Assembly (NCBI GenBank): GCA_010909165.1
Contig: VJWM01000108.1
Span: 310,001 to 374,000, forward strand
Reading direction: 5' to 3'
Source: Anthoceros angustus
Taxonomy: Eukaryota > Plantae > Anthocerotophyta
Length of the DNA: 64,000 nt
Shown here: positions 1-12,900 of the stretch, one piece after another
How the letters are laid out: each line of letters begins with the position of its first letter
How positions within the stretch are numbered: the first letter of the stretch is position 1
Program-made: the position numbers and the translations under genes
Notes under the pieces: generated by a model
Databases searched by the model: none
Seen by the model: only the letters and a program-made list of their open reading frames with translations
Told to the model about the DNA's origin: nothing

Positions 1-299
1 GGAGATGATGGTGTGTGTGGGGGAATTGGAGGAGATTTGACGGTGTTGCATCATGTGACCTGTGCAGGGGGGGATTGACGGAGTGGAAGGATGGATTCCG
101 GGGAAGCAGAGGGGACGGTCCCTGTGGGATTTTGCCGGCCCAGGTGCGAGCTTTGGGTCGAATGCCCAGCGCAACATGGCTTGTGGTAATTTGTCTCGAC
201 AGGGAGGAGGGGAAATGGGAGGCGGTGCGATTTCGTCTGAAATGCTGCTCTGGAATGGTGTGGCCTCACATGACCTGATTGTCTACGTTGTGGGCCAGG

Positions 300-2968
300 C
301 TGCAGTTACGGATTGGAGAGCTTGGCGGGCCATGGCAGACGGGTGGATGGGTGTGGTGGTGGCAGCAGGGGGTTTCATGCAACAGGTTTCGTTCTGAGCA
401 AGTGGTGGGATTGGTTGTGTTTTTTCCTTTGTGGTGGATAATGATGCGTAGCGGTTCGCCGGGCATGCAGGTCTGAATTCCAAGCCTAGGGACTACTATG
501 AGGTCCTTGGTGTGGAGAAGGGAGCTAGTGCATCAGATATTAAGAAGGCTTACTACGCGGTAGTCACGTGTTTGACGGCTTTGTGCGGTTGGATGATGTG
601 CTTCAGCTTCACAGCTTTGTGAACCTGAGCCATGGTTCTGGGTGCTTGTGCCTCTTTACTGCTCTCACATCGCGGCTGCCATTGTAGCTGGCGAAGAAAT
701 ACCACCCGGATACAAACAAGGAGGATCCAAACACAGCAAAGAAGTTTCAAGAGGTCCAGAAGGCTTATGAGGCAAGTCCTGGTGTAGTGCTCACTGAATT
801 CCAAAATGCGGGCCCACTAGAGTTGTTCCTAACTTTGCTCTGTGCATTTTCCGTTTGCAGGTGTTGAAAGATGAGGAGAAGCGTGCAATGTATGATCAGG
901 TCAGCATCCTTTCTCGTGAACAGTGGTTCTTCTGAAAGCCTTACTGTCAGTTTCAGGACGTCCGTTTTTCAGGCTCTCAGGTCCTCCATGTTGGCTATTG
1001 CAGGTCGGGCCAGAGAGTTTCGAACAAGCTGCTGCAAACGGTGGTTTTCGACCTGGTGGACCCACTGCAGATTGGTCCGACATGTTTAATTCTTCGATGG
1101 GGGAGGTGTGCCTTCCGTCTGTCCCTGGTTATTTACTTCCATTGGGCCGATTCTGGAGCTTGCTGTGGAATGTGGCCAAGTTTGATGCGTGCATTGTGTG
1201 GCAGATTTTTGGTGGGATATTTGGTGGAAGAGACGGACCCAGACACAGTGTGGTGAGTTTCTATTTTGTTGTATAATAAGCATGCCTCAATTCCTGCTCC
1301 CTTCTGCTGATCTGTGAAACTGAACATTCATATGGCTGCTTGACTGTCAGGTTAATCTTCAGCTATCATTTATGGAGGCTGTTCATGGTGTACGGAAAAA
1401 AGTCACATTTGTGGCAGCCCAACGATGTGAAGCGTGTAGTAAGTTACATATGCGCTCCTCACAAGTCTCTGTCAGCCTATGTTCTCTAACAAAAAGCCTG
1501 TTCAAATTTCTCAACAATGTGCACGCCCTTTCCAGAGGGATCTGGACTGCCTCCAGGAGTAAAGCCTCAAACCTGCCGACAGTGCAGGGGAACTGGAAAG
1601 GTAGTAGGCTGCCTCTGGAGCACTTCTCTTAGTAGCATGCCCTATGGCTTCTGCTGACAGTAATGTCTGTTCCCAGATACATGCGCAACATCCCTTCTTC
1701 TCGTTTGAGGTGGGCTGTACAGCTTGTGGCGGCACAGGTAACCATGTAAAGGTGAGCGCCAATTTCGAGTTTAAGTAATTTCGCACATCTCAGCAAGCTT
1801 TTGGGTGCTGGCGTGACATGCCTCGTATTTTTTGAAATCCAGGAGCAGTGTCCCACTTGCCGAGGAGCAGGAACTGTGAGAGCTACAAAAGAAGTGGAAG
1901 TGGTCATTCCAGCTGGTATTCCACTTTTGAACTATCATTGCTTGCAAAAATTCATATGCCGGCTGTCAAATCGTAGAGTCTGCTTGTCTCATTGATTTCG
2001 CATCTTCCTGTGATTTGCAGGGGTTGACTCTGGTGTCAATCTTAGAGTTCCTGGGGAAGGTGGTGCTAGTGCCCGTGGTGCAAGGACTGCCGATCTTATA
2101 GTGAAATTAGAGGTAGCCTGCTGTCACTTTTTCCCCTTCTTCGTCAATGGTTGTTGGATGAGACCAAGCAAGTATTCATTTCATACTCCTTTTTCCAGGT
2201 ACGACCTGATCCTGTGTTCACAAGAAATGGTGCTGATGTCCATGTGGACGTACCTATCAGCTTCACACAGGTGGGTTGTAGTCTTACACCTATATGAGGT
2301 CCAGTTGGAACAGGGGATGGGTCGTTGGCATTCAATATTTGGCTACATGTCGTATGGTCATTGATTGAAGAATTTCGTTTGGTTATGTTCAGGCCATTTT
2401 GGGAGCATCAGTTCAAGTTCCGACTCTGACAGGCGAAGCTTTCTTGAAGGTGACATGACTCTGAATTAAGCAGTCTACTATATCATGGGGAATTGTTGTA
2501 ATTTCCTCGTACCACAATCTAATGTAGGGTTCGGTTGGATTTGCAGGTGCGGCCTGGCACGCAACCTGGTCAGAAGATGGTGATGAAAGGGAGAGGTGTG
2601 TATATCAGTGAAATTTTGGCAATTTTGAATGCCGGACACCTGATGCTCATGCTGTTTGGGACATCACTTAATGGTCACTTTGTGGAGTGCTTTTGCCAGG
2701 AATTAAACAGGTTTCGGCTGTTGGGCATGGCGACCAATTTGTGCATCTTCAGGTCACGATTCCTCAGTAAGTGGAACGCGTGTGAGATCATCGTCAGTAG
2801 TTTTTCATCTTAGGAAAGAACTGTCATTTGCCGATGAATGCCTGGCACACGTTTTAAGCACAATGGCTCGCTTGCAGAGGTCTGACCCGAAGGCAGCGTG
2901 AACTGATCGAAGAGTATGCAAGAGAAGAGTCCCAGTTGTCAGAGAATGCTGCAGAAAGCAGCGGTTGA
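300..2968 (+). CDS. GFA2: Mitochondrial-type class I DnaJ/Hsp40 chaperone (GFA2-like), multi-exon; 5' start not resolved
   Basis: Spliced exons read ..SRGFHAT|[30 protein letters not shown]|[25 protein letters not shown] (688-771)|[13 protein letters not shown] (861-899). This gives a J domain with HPD, a G/F-rich region, CxxCxGxG zinc fingers ([19 protein letters not shown]) and a C-terminal domain ending AAESSG-TGA at 2968. The start coordinate is approximate: the frame is open from 274 with no ATG. Confidence 0.9.
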
Positions 2969-4403
2969 GCTCACCTCAAGCTGCTTGCGAGGTGTTACCC
3001 AGCACGTTCCGTGCTCCCAGTCAGGCATGATGGCATTCCCCCTCTCATATGGTTAGGGAGAGATTTGCCGCGAAGGCTCTTTTCTGCTACTGATCTTGTC
3101 CCCACCCTGTGCAGGTTTTGGAGCTGGGCCCTCGCTCTCCAGCACCCATATTCTGCCCCTAAGATTATAACCCCAGCTAACCTCTCTGCTTTCTTCATCA
3201 TTGTAGCCTCATCTTCAACTTGAATCAACAACTTATCTAGTGTCCTCCAACTTAAACAACCAGTTTGTCTGCATGCAGTTTAACCACTAAAAGTCTTTTG
3301 CTGCGGGGAGGAACAACTGGACGGGATCTAACCACTTAGGTTAAGCCGATCTTTATCTCCTCACTTCAAGCTAAGCTGACACGTTATTTTCGGAAACCAG
3401 CCAGGTCGAGCGGCAAGGAGTGAAGCAAGCTAGTATGAGATCGATGATGGTGTATAAGACTTTATCATTGAGTTATTCAATTTTGGCAGGCAGGTGTTGT
3501 TCGCATATGCACTAGTTTCCCCATGGTGGCTGTCAGCAGGTGGTCTTCGGGGCATATTCCAGCTTGCCCTGAAGGCCTCGAAATGTTGGGGCCTTGTCAG
3601 ATACATCATGTTGAGCTGTTATAAATCGATCGCTGTATTGGCAATTTGTCTCTCTGGTACCGAGTGTGTGGTTCGTAGAGCAAGATGCCTGTGCCCAAGA
3701 TACTTTGATAACCATAGCCTTGATGATTTCCATGCGTCCGTGTAAGCAACATTCTCGTCAAACAATCTCCGAGCCCTCCATCAGATCTGTGGTAGATATG
3801 GTTAGAACTTGGTGCTTCGATGTGCGGGTAAAACAATTTTGCACCGCATGTCACTGCGGGAAGCCTTTACAAGAAAAGAATGATTTCTCGTAAAAGGTAC
3901 TCCTTCGCCAGTTAGCTAAATTAGAATTGGTCTGTACCGACTGGTAGCCAACACGCTGCCTGCCAGACTCAGAGCCTCTGCACATTCTTCCAAAAAATTC
4001 CATGGTCTGTGAAGGTGAGCAGCCTTTCGGACGAGCAGTGATCTCTGAACATGGACACGTTGTCACAGTCCGCTGTCCTGGTGGACGCGGCTCTCCAGCC
4101 ATGTGCACTTGTGAATGTGAAAGGTACTTGTCAATCCTGCTGCGAGATCCGTTTGACAGTTACCTTTCGGTTCATTTCCTCACGTTGTTGTACCTTGGCA
4201 GGGCGGACATTCTTCCTCCATACTGGCTTAAGGTTGACGGTCCTTTCGGAGGTATGCAGACCGTCTTGCCTCAGGTCCTCAATTTGGATACCTTTAGAGC
4301 ACTTTGAGCTTTGGTTAGAGTTTGTCTCTAGTTCTGCAGATGAGAAAATTCTGTGCCACTGCAGAGAACTCCGGACTGTTCCGACCCGAGGGTGAAGAGA
4401 AAC

Positions 4404-7400
4404 ATGAGGACTGACATCTCGCTTGGCATCTTAAAGAAGCCTGCTGGGGTGGCTTCCCAGATAAGTATGCTGGATATTGGTGTGCGGAGGATGTTTGCGT
4501 CTACATGCATGAGGTATTTGTGAGATCTGAATCCTTTCTGACAAAACGATGGTGTATGGGAGACGCAAATGCTTCTGTCAGGATGTTAGCCCGGGTGTTG
4601 TAGTTAAAGTGTTCTTGTGGGTGGCCAAGTGCAGAGTGAGATGTTTGGGGCCGTGCCATTGGCAGGACCATGACCACCTCTGGGGATTTATGGGAGGTGG
4701 AGACTCTGTGCACGGAGGGAGGGCTAGACAAGGCATGGACGGTTCTGCTCAGCATGGATGAGCAGGGACTTGTCCCTTCACTGCAAATGTACAAGAGCCT
4801 CCTGCGGGCATGTTCCAAGGAAAAGGCCCTTACTGAGGCCAAGCGGGTTCATGCTCATTTGGCAGAACGTGGCTTGGAGTTGAACAGATTTCTGGGTGAG
4901 CTTGTGGTAGCCACGCTGGTTAACTGTGGGAGCCTTGATGATGGGGTCCAGTTATTCAAAAGGCTGCCGCACCGAAGTGCTTTCGCATGGACAGCCATCA
5001 TATCAGGGTATAGCAATGCTGGACTATGCCAAAAGGCCCTCTCACTCTATGACGAGATGCAGAAGGAAGGTGTGCAGCCAGACAACTATACTTTTGTCAG
5101 CTTGCTAAAAGCATGTAGCAGATTGGAAGATTTGGACCAGGGGAGGAGGATACATGCTGATGCTGTGGCATTTGGGTTTGGATCGGACGTGTTTGTGGGG
5201 AGCACATTGCTTAGCATGTATTCAAGGTGCGGGAGCATGTGCGATGTCCAGCAGGTATTTGTGGGCTTATCCCAGCGCAATGTAGTATCATGGAACGCCA
5301 TGATTGCAGGATATGTCCAGCAGGATCAAGGAGACAAGGCTTTGCAGACGTTTAGGCAGATGCAAGAGGCAAGAGTTAGACCGAACGCGCGAACCTTTGT
5401 AAGCACACTGCAAGCATGTGGGATCCTTGCAGAGAAGGAGGAAACTCCAACGGGAGGTGTGCGAAAGGTCAGAGCGCTGCACACTGGTAGGGAACTGCAT
5501 GCTGAAGCTGCAAACATGGGATTTGAACAAGATTCATTTGTTGGCAATACCTTAGTTAGCATGTATGCAAAGTGTGGGAGCATCAATGATGCAGAAGGGG
5601 TCTTTGAGAAGTTATCCCAGCATGATGTGGTGTCCTGGAATGCCTTGATTACGGCATATGCTGAGCAGGACCAAGGAGGGAAGGCACTGCAGTTATTCTG
5701 GCGCATGCAAGCGGCAGGGTTGCAGCCAGGTGTTCGGACCTTTGTCGGTGCTCTCCAAGCTTGTGGCAGGTTAGCAGACAAGGAGGAACCTGCTGTCATA
5801 CAGGGAAGGGAGGTGAAAGTGGCGTGCTTAGGAAAGGGGAGGCAAATCCATGCTGCAATAATTAGAGGGGGTCTAGAATTGGATACTTTTGTCAGTTGCA
5901 CTTTGGTCAATATGTATGCAAAGTGTGGAAGCATCAAGCATGCAGAACACGTCTTTCACAGGTTATCGGTGCACAATGTGATGTTATATACTGCCATGAT
6001 CTCAGCATATGCTCAACATGACCAACAAGAAAAAGCGTTGCAGATGTTTTGGCAAATGCAAGAGGAAGGCATCAGGCCAGATACACGGGCCTTTGTCAGT
6101 GCCCTTCAAACTTGTGGCAGTCTGGCAGAAAAGGAGGAAAGTACGCACGTGGATGGACATGAAGTAAAGGTGGAGTGCCTGTGGCAGGGGAGGAAAATAC
6201 ATACTGTAGCTGCTGAAGCGGGGCTTGAACTAGACAAGTTTGTTGCAAGCAGTTTGGTTTGCATGTACTCTAAAACTGGGAGCATCAGGGGTGCAAAGCA
6301 TGTTTTTGACAACTTGCACCATCGCGATTTGGTCTCATGGAATGCTATGCTTTCAGTGTATGCACAGCACGACCAAGGTGAGAAAGCTTTGCAGCTTTAT
6401 CGGCAAATGCAAGAGGAAGGATTCAAACCGGATGCACGGAGCTTTGTCAGTGCTTTGCAAGCATGTGCCAGGCTTGCAGACAAGGAGGAAAGTAGTCTTG
6501 TTGATGGGCAAGATGTGAAAGTAGAAGCCTTGCAAAATGGGAAGCAAATACATTCTGTTGTTTCAGGAACGAGTTTTGAAGCAGCCAGCTTTGTTGGCAA
6601 CACTCTGGTTAGCATGTACTCTAAGTGTGGAAGCATGAAGGATGCTGAACAGGCGTTTGACAGATTAGACCACAGTGATGTCGTGTCATGGAATGCAATG
6701 CTTGCAGCATACGCTCAGCACAGGAAAGGAGAGAGGGGTTTGAGGGATTTCTGGAAGATGCTACAACATGGAGTCAGCCCTGATGCGCGGACATTCGTGA
6801 GTGCTCTACAAGCATGTGGCAGCCTCGCAGAGCAGGAGGAGAGCATACTCATGGATGTCACCGGTGTGAAAGTGGAGTCTTTGTGGATGACTAGGGGGAT
6901 CCATTACGAAGCGGTGCAGAGGGGTTTCGGATCTGACATGTTTGTTAGTAACACGTTGGTTACTGTGTATTCGAAGTGTGGAAGCATCAATGACGCAGAA
7001 GAGGTGTTTAACAAATTGTCTCAACGCAGTTTGGTGTCGTGGAGCGCCCTGATTACAGGATATCTTCAGCAGGACCAAGCAGGAAAAGGCTTGCGACTTT
7101 ATAAGCAAATGCAGGAGGAAGGTCTAAGGCCAGATGCTCAGCTGTTTGTAAGTGCTCTTCAAGGATGTGGCAAGGCTGCAGAAAAAGAGGAAGGTGTGCT
7201 AGTGGATGGAGAAATTGTGAAGGTGGAGTCCCTGCGATGGGTCAGGGAACTACATTCTGAAGCTATTTTGAGTGGTCTTGAGTTAGATGGGTTTGTTGGT
7301 GGCACTTTACTTGGCTTGTACGTAAAGTGTGGGAGCATAAGTAATGCCGAGAATGTGTTTGACAGATTGCCACAGCGGGGTGCCATGGCATGGAATATTC

Positions 7401-8353
7401 TAACTGCAGCATATGCTGAACAGGAGCAAGGAGATCGGGCTCTGCAACTGTATGCCCAGATGCACGCAGAAGGTGTGAAGCCAGATGCAGGCACTTTCCT
7501 TTCTGTCTTGAAAGCATGTAGCAGCATAGGATCCTTGGATGCCTGTGTGCACATCCACCAAGGTATTAAGGAAAGTCGATTGGAATGCAACCTTCTTGTT
7601 TCAAGTAGTCTAGTCAATGCCTACAGCAGATGTGGGAGCATGGTGGATGCTCAACTTGTGTTTGACACAATATTTGAGCCGGATGCCGTGTCATGGACAG
7701 CGCTAATTGCTGGGTATGCCAGATCCGGAGATGTTGGGATGAGCATCCGAACCTACGAGAACATGTGCCTGGCAGGTGTGAAACCGGACGGTGTGACGTT
7801 TCTCGCTCTTCTTTCAGCATGCAGTCATACTGGCATGGTGGAGAAGGGGCTGGAGTACTTTGAGAGCATGAGAAGGGACCACGATGTTTCGGTCCATATG
7901 GAGCACTATTCCTGTGTCATCGACCTTGTCCTTCGCGCTGGACTGCTTTGCAAGTCAGAAGAATTGTTTGAACAAATGCCGATGCAGCCTCCGCTGTCCA
8001 TGTGGCTCAGTCTGCTGAGTGCCTGCCGAAAGTATGGTAACGTTGCTCTGGGAAAACGCGCATTTCAAGCTGCTGTCCGAGTAGACCCGAGACATGCTGC
8101 CGCCTATGTGCTCATGTCAAATATCTTCCTTGATGCTGGCATGTGGGATTGTAGCAACAAGGTGCATGCGTTGAGACATAGTGCAGGTGCATGGAAGGAG
8201 CCTGGCCAGACCTGGATTCAGCACGAGCAGAAGGTGCACAGATTTGTGATGCACCCCGACGAGAGACACGACGAACAGACATCGTTGCACGCAGTGCTAA
8301 AGGATCTGAATGCAAAGCTGAAGACGCAGCAAGCCCTACACCTTCCAGTTTGA
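4404..8353 (+). CDS. PLS-class PPR protein, E-class (no DYW), ~1.26 kaa; model join(4404..4513,4666..8353)
   Basis: 1227-aa ORF of P-L-S triplets (VSWNAMI..., TFVSALQACG..., GNTLVSMYAKCGS...), then P2L2S2 and E1/E2 ending WKEPGQTWIQHE...; stop before any DYW domain. The upstream exon MRTDISL...GVRRMFASTCMR has donor AG|GTATTT at 4514 and joins in frame to acceptor TTGGCAG| at 4665. Further upstream exons are possible. Confidence 0.93.
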
Positions 8354-9170
8354 CATAATTCACAAGGTCTACATTTGTTCCATGCTCCGAGGGGGGTTAC
8401 GGCAAGAACAAGAAAAGGCCATGATTTTATCGAGGGATGACGGAAGACTGTCATGGTTCTTAACTTCTGCAGAGAAAACGCACAAGCGTTGCGTCCGGCG
8501 CGAAGACGTGGAAAACAAAGGCGCCGTAACAAGAGAACCTGATGCATTTCCCAGCTCAAAGAGCAAGCTCACACAGTGAGAGGATCCACTAGCGTGCTCC
8601 ACAGCCAAGGACAAACTCGGTCGATTTGCATCGAATTTCATCGGAAAAGCATATAATAGTGGGGAACGGGTGACCCAGCGCGTTACCCGCTCAACGAGAT
8701 GACAAGATCACTTCTTCCCTTCAAACACTCGTGACGGGCATTCTTTGAGAACTTGAGTGAGTCTGCTCATGTCGAACACAAAGTCCATACGTATAGACGC
8801 AGGGAATCAACCAGACCCATGCAAGTCTGAAGGGTAGTTCAGGCCAGATCCTCCTCATATGTAGGTAAAGATTGAATACACAATGGTCGTGCTAGACTAA
8901 TTCACTATAACTCGACAAGTAACTCTCTCTTTAATACAAAGAAAGTAATGAGTTTTCCAACATGCCTAGTGACTGGCCATACTTCCTTCCCATTTTGTCT
9001 ATAAATATTTATGTAGCATGAAGACTAGACCTGCAGAGTCGGAATATATTAGTAGAAATTCTAAACTTTGTAGAGGTTAAAGTGGCCTATCTATACCTAC
9101 ATCTTGTCACTGCAACTGTGGCACTAATCTCCTAGAGAGAAACAAATGGCTTAGTCCACCAATCCCTTAA

Positions 9171-9465
9171 GCTTGATCCCCGAATCCGGAGATGAAGCGT
9201 AGGCAATGGACTTCGTTGGCTTTGCTGTTCATGACACAAAGCAACCATGCACACCTATGGAGATCTTTACCTACCTTGTGAACGCGCGAATGCAACCTTG
9301 CAATATTAAGTGTCGGCATAAGTATCTTCCCACCTATCCCCCTCTCCCCTTCCCCTTCCCCCTCTCCCTCCCTTCCCTCTCCCCCCCTCTTCCCCTCTCC
9401 TTCCTTTCTCACGAGCTTTTCCTGATCTCAGGCATTGCGAAGGCCGAAAACACGTGATCAAAGCC
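9171..9465. mobile_element. Possible Tourist/PIF-like MITE
   Basis: Imperfect terminal inverted repeats (GCTTGATC ... GATCAAAGCC) flanked on both sides by TAA; C/T-rich simple repeat inside; no ORF. Confidence 0.3.
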
Positions 9466-9482
9466 TAAGGCTGGTTCCCTTA

Positions 9483-9557
9483 GGCAAAGTAATGTCGAAG
9501 GCCATCAGGCAAAGTAATGTCGAAGGCCATCAGGCAAAGTAATGTCGAAGGCCATCA
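9483..9557. repeat. 25-bp tandem repeat x3
   Basis: GGCAAAGTAATGTCGAAGGCCATCA repeated three times exactly. Confidence 0.95.
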
Positions 9558-9986
9558 ACAACCACGGCACTTCACACTCCTGCCCCTCACCAACCTTGCC
9601 TGGATGCAGCTCCACACTAACCCGAACTCCTAACGTAAGCTGGAAGAACCCAACTTCATCCAAGGTTTAGACAATAATATTATAATGCTTGGATACCAGA
9701 CATATGTTCCTAGCCTAGCGTTGTTATGCAGATTATTTTGGATGCGCAAATTATTTTGGATGTCAACAATGTGTTGTGCGGCGTAGGAATATTGTGTCGT
9801 TCTCCCACCCTTCGTAGACATAGGTGATAATGAGTCAAGTGTTTTTTCGAGCTGTTGTGTGTGTTGTAATGCAGTTTTGGGTGTTATAGTTGAGGCTGGC
9901 AGCACCGTGAAGAACTCTGTTGTCGGAAGGCATGTTTTGAGGCTAAGTGCCTGGTGAGAACTTGGGGCAGTGATATTTGTCCAGGG

Positions 9987-12900
9987 TCACTGAATTCCTG
10001 GACCCCGCAAGTGTGCTTGATATTGTGGCTGGACGAGGCGTATGAGTTTATCTCTGTCATCCTTGATGCTTTCCACAGGGCCATCCCAGCATGTTTCACT
10101 GACCAGGTCCAGGGCGTACTCCAGAGAGTCAGCATCAGGAGCAAACTGGTCTCCCGATTGCAGGAAGAGGAGGTACACCTGCTCGGCACATACTTTCCTC
10201 ACCTTAGGATATCGATGGGCCAGGAGGGCGAGCAGCTCTATCAGGGCGTCGGTGCTCATGGGCTCGTGGTGCATCAGAGTGAGGTGGGTGAGGATGTTGA
10301 TGGCCAGCAGCAGCTTGGCCACATCTTTGGTGCCCTGAACTTCGCGTGTGATGGAGCCGAGCATCCTTGACAGGGTGCTGCTCTGCTCACACTCCACCAG
10401 CACTCGCTTACTGAAAAGAATGTCCATGGTTTTGAAGGCAGGGATAATTACCCGATCGTTGCCGGCATAAGTCTCGAGCAGCAGCACTAGCTCCACGCCC
10501 AGCCACTCCAAATGCCCCCTGCTGAAACCGTCATGCGGAGCGCAGTCCGGCCCGCTCCGCAGCAGCTGCAGCAGAGCCTGCAGCGACGCCTTGGCCAGGG
10601 AGTCCGCCAGGCCGCCGATGGAGATCACCAGGCCCGAGAGCACGTACTGCCGATACTCCGGGTACCGCAGCAGCTGCACCACCCTGGGGAAGGAGTCCCC
10701 GGGCGAGGCCCAGTTGAGTCGTGGGTCCGAAGGGATGATCTCCGCCAGTGTCGAGCGGTGAGGGACCGAGGAGTGCATAATCCTGTCGCTGTGCAGAAGC
10801 CGTTGCAGACACTTCCCTGCAACATCCCGCACCCTGTCGATCTTCTCCGCGGCCTGCTTGGCCAGGCCCCCAACCACTCTAGTGCCAAGGTGGGCATCGA
10901 ACACGCCGCCATCTCCAGCACCCACACTTTCGTCTCCTCCTCCTCCATCACACAGAAGGTAGCTGCACCGCTCCAAAGCTTCCATGGAAGCCTCCCGAAC
11001 CCAGGAGCCAACATCCCCCCTGTTGTCCACCGCATAGTCATCCAGCCCATCCAGCAGCGCATCCATGACAGTGGACTTGACAGCTTCCCTGAGACGCCCC
11101 ACCGCGATCCCTCCATCTCCCTGCCTCGCAGCCTGGAAGAGTGTCTCGCACACAACGCACAGCCCACGCACAGCATTCACCCGCGTCTCAGCGTCTCCAT
11201 CCTGCGACCTGTCCAGGAGCGCAGCGCAGAGCGTGGCGAGGACGTCCTCCCAAACCGGCAGCACCAGCTGGTGCGGCAGCGCGCTGAAAGCCAGAGCGGC
11301 CCCCCGCCTGGCAGCCGCGTTGGGATCCTTCTTCAAGATGCGCAGGTACTTGTCGGTGCTGACAGCCACGGAATCCGGCCTGACGGGCAGGAAGTAGGCC
11401 CGCAGGAAGGCCTTGAGCGCCGCCACGGCAGCAACCTGGATGCTTCCGTTGGGGTGCTTCAGGTTCTCGTCGATGGTGTCGTGGTACGCCTTCTCCACCT
11501 TGGGCACCAGCGAGAGCCCCACAATGCACACGCACTCCAGCAGCCTGCACACCGCCCCGCGCATGATCTCCCCGCCTTTCCCCCTGTACAGCCTCGCCTT
11601 CTCGATGGCCAGCACGATCTCCGCCACCGCCTTCTGCTTCCCCGCCGCCATGGCCACCCCGTTCTGGTGCAACGCCGTCACCACCTCGGCCGTGCCGAGC
11701 GTGGCCCCGTGCCGGAGCGTGAGATCGCTGGACAGGATCCACGACAGCAGCGCGTCCAGCACGGGCCCGGCGAAGTGCGGCGGGTCGTACTTCACGAGCA
11801 TCGCCAGCGCCTCGGCAGCCAGCTCCCGCAAGCTTTTCTCCCAGTGCTGGATCTTGGTGTAGAGCAGCTCGTCGATCAAGGAGACGCGGTACTCATTGAA
11901 CTGCGCCACAAACATCGCCACGCTCCTGTACGCGTTGCTCCTGCTCCCGAGCGCGAAGAAATCAGCCGCGTTCACCAGGTCGATGCCGTGCGGGAAGCTC
12001 CCCTGCCGGCCCACGCATTCCTGAAACGCGGCCGCGGCCGCTCGCCTGCAGTTCACCTCCCGATCGTAGCAGGCGATTGAGAGCAGCGCGGGAGCCAGCT
12101 TCTGGAGATGCTCCTGCATGAACTCCGAGGAGTAGGCTCTAGCGAAAGCCCAGCAGACGTAGGCAGCCGCGTCCCGCACATGCGATCCCACGCTGTGCGG
12201 CCCCCGCCTGACGTCGTAGTGCAGCGCCTTGACGATCACCGGCACCACACTCGGGAGGCGGTCCGGGAGCAGAAGGCCCCGCCTGGCCAGCTCTGCCAGC
12301 GCCAGGCACCCGCCGTGCCACGCCCCGTCCCCCTCCACCGCCCGGAAGAGCTCCAGCACCGACGCAACCACCTCGTCCGCAAGATCCGAGGTGAGCCTCC
12401 CTGTAACCCTACCGATGCCCTTGGCCGCCGACCATCGCACCACCGTGTCCTTGTCCCGCAGCCCGGCCAGAAGCTGTTCCACCACCTCCTCCGTCTCCTG
12501 CGGCACTTCCATCTCCTCTTGTTCCTGTTCCTCCTCCTGCTGCTGCTGCTGCTGCTGCTGCGGCGGCGAGAAAGAAACCCTATCCTGTGAAGAAGCTCCA
12601 GATCCTGCACTGGAATACTTGTCTGACAACCTCCCGCCTTCAAGAAAGGAGACAGGCATGGAGCGATGGCCGCGGAGGTAGCGCCAGGCGGCCTGCCTGG
12701 GGAGCAGGTAGGTGAGCCCGATGCGCTGGATGAGCTTCACCAGGAGCTTCCGGAGCAGGGCGCTCTGTTTGGCAGCGGGGGCCGCGGCCAGGGTGCGGGC
12801 CTGCTGCCAGGTGATGGCGGCCACGGGGAGCAGCACGTCCCTTCCTCCAAGCTTGAAGATAGCCACCAGCGCGGACGCCACTCCCGTCACCAGAAACACA

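Noticed and set aside
3000-4400. Short ORFs between DnaJ and the first PPR gene
   Set aside because: No recognisable motifs. Could be UTR or extra upstream exons of the PPR gene, but this cannot be supported from sequence alone.
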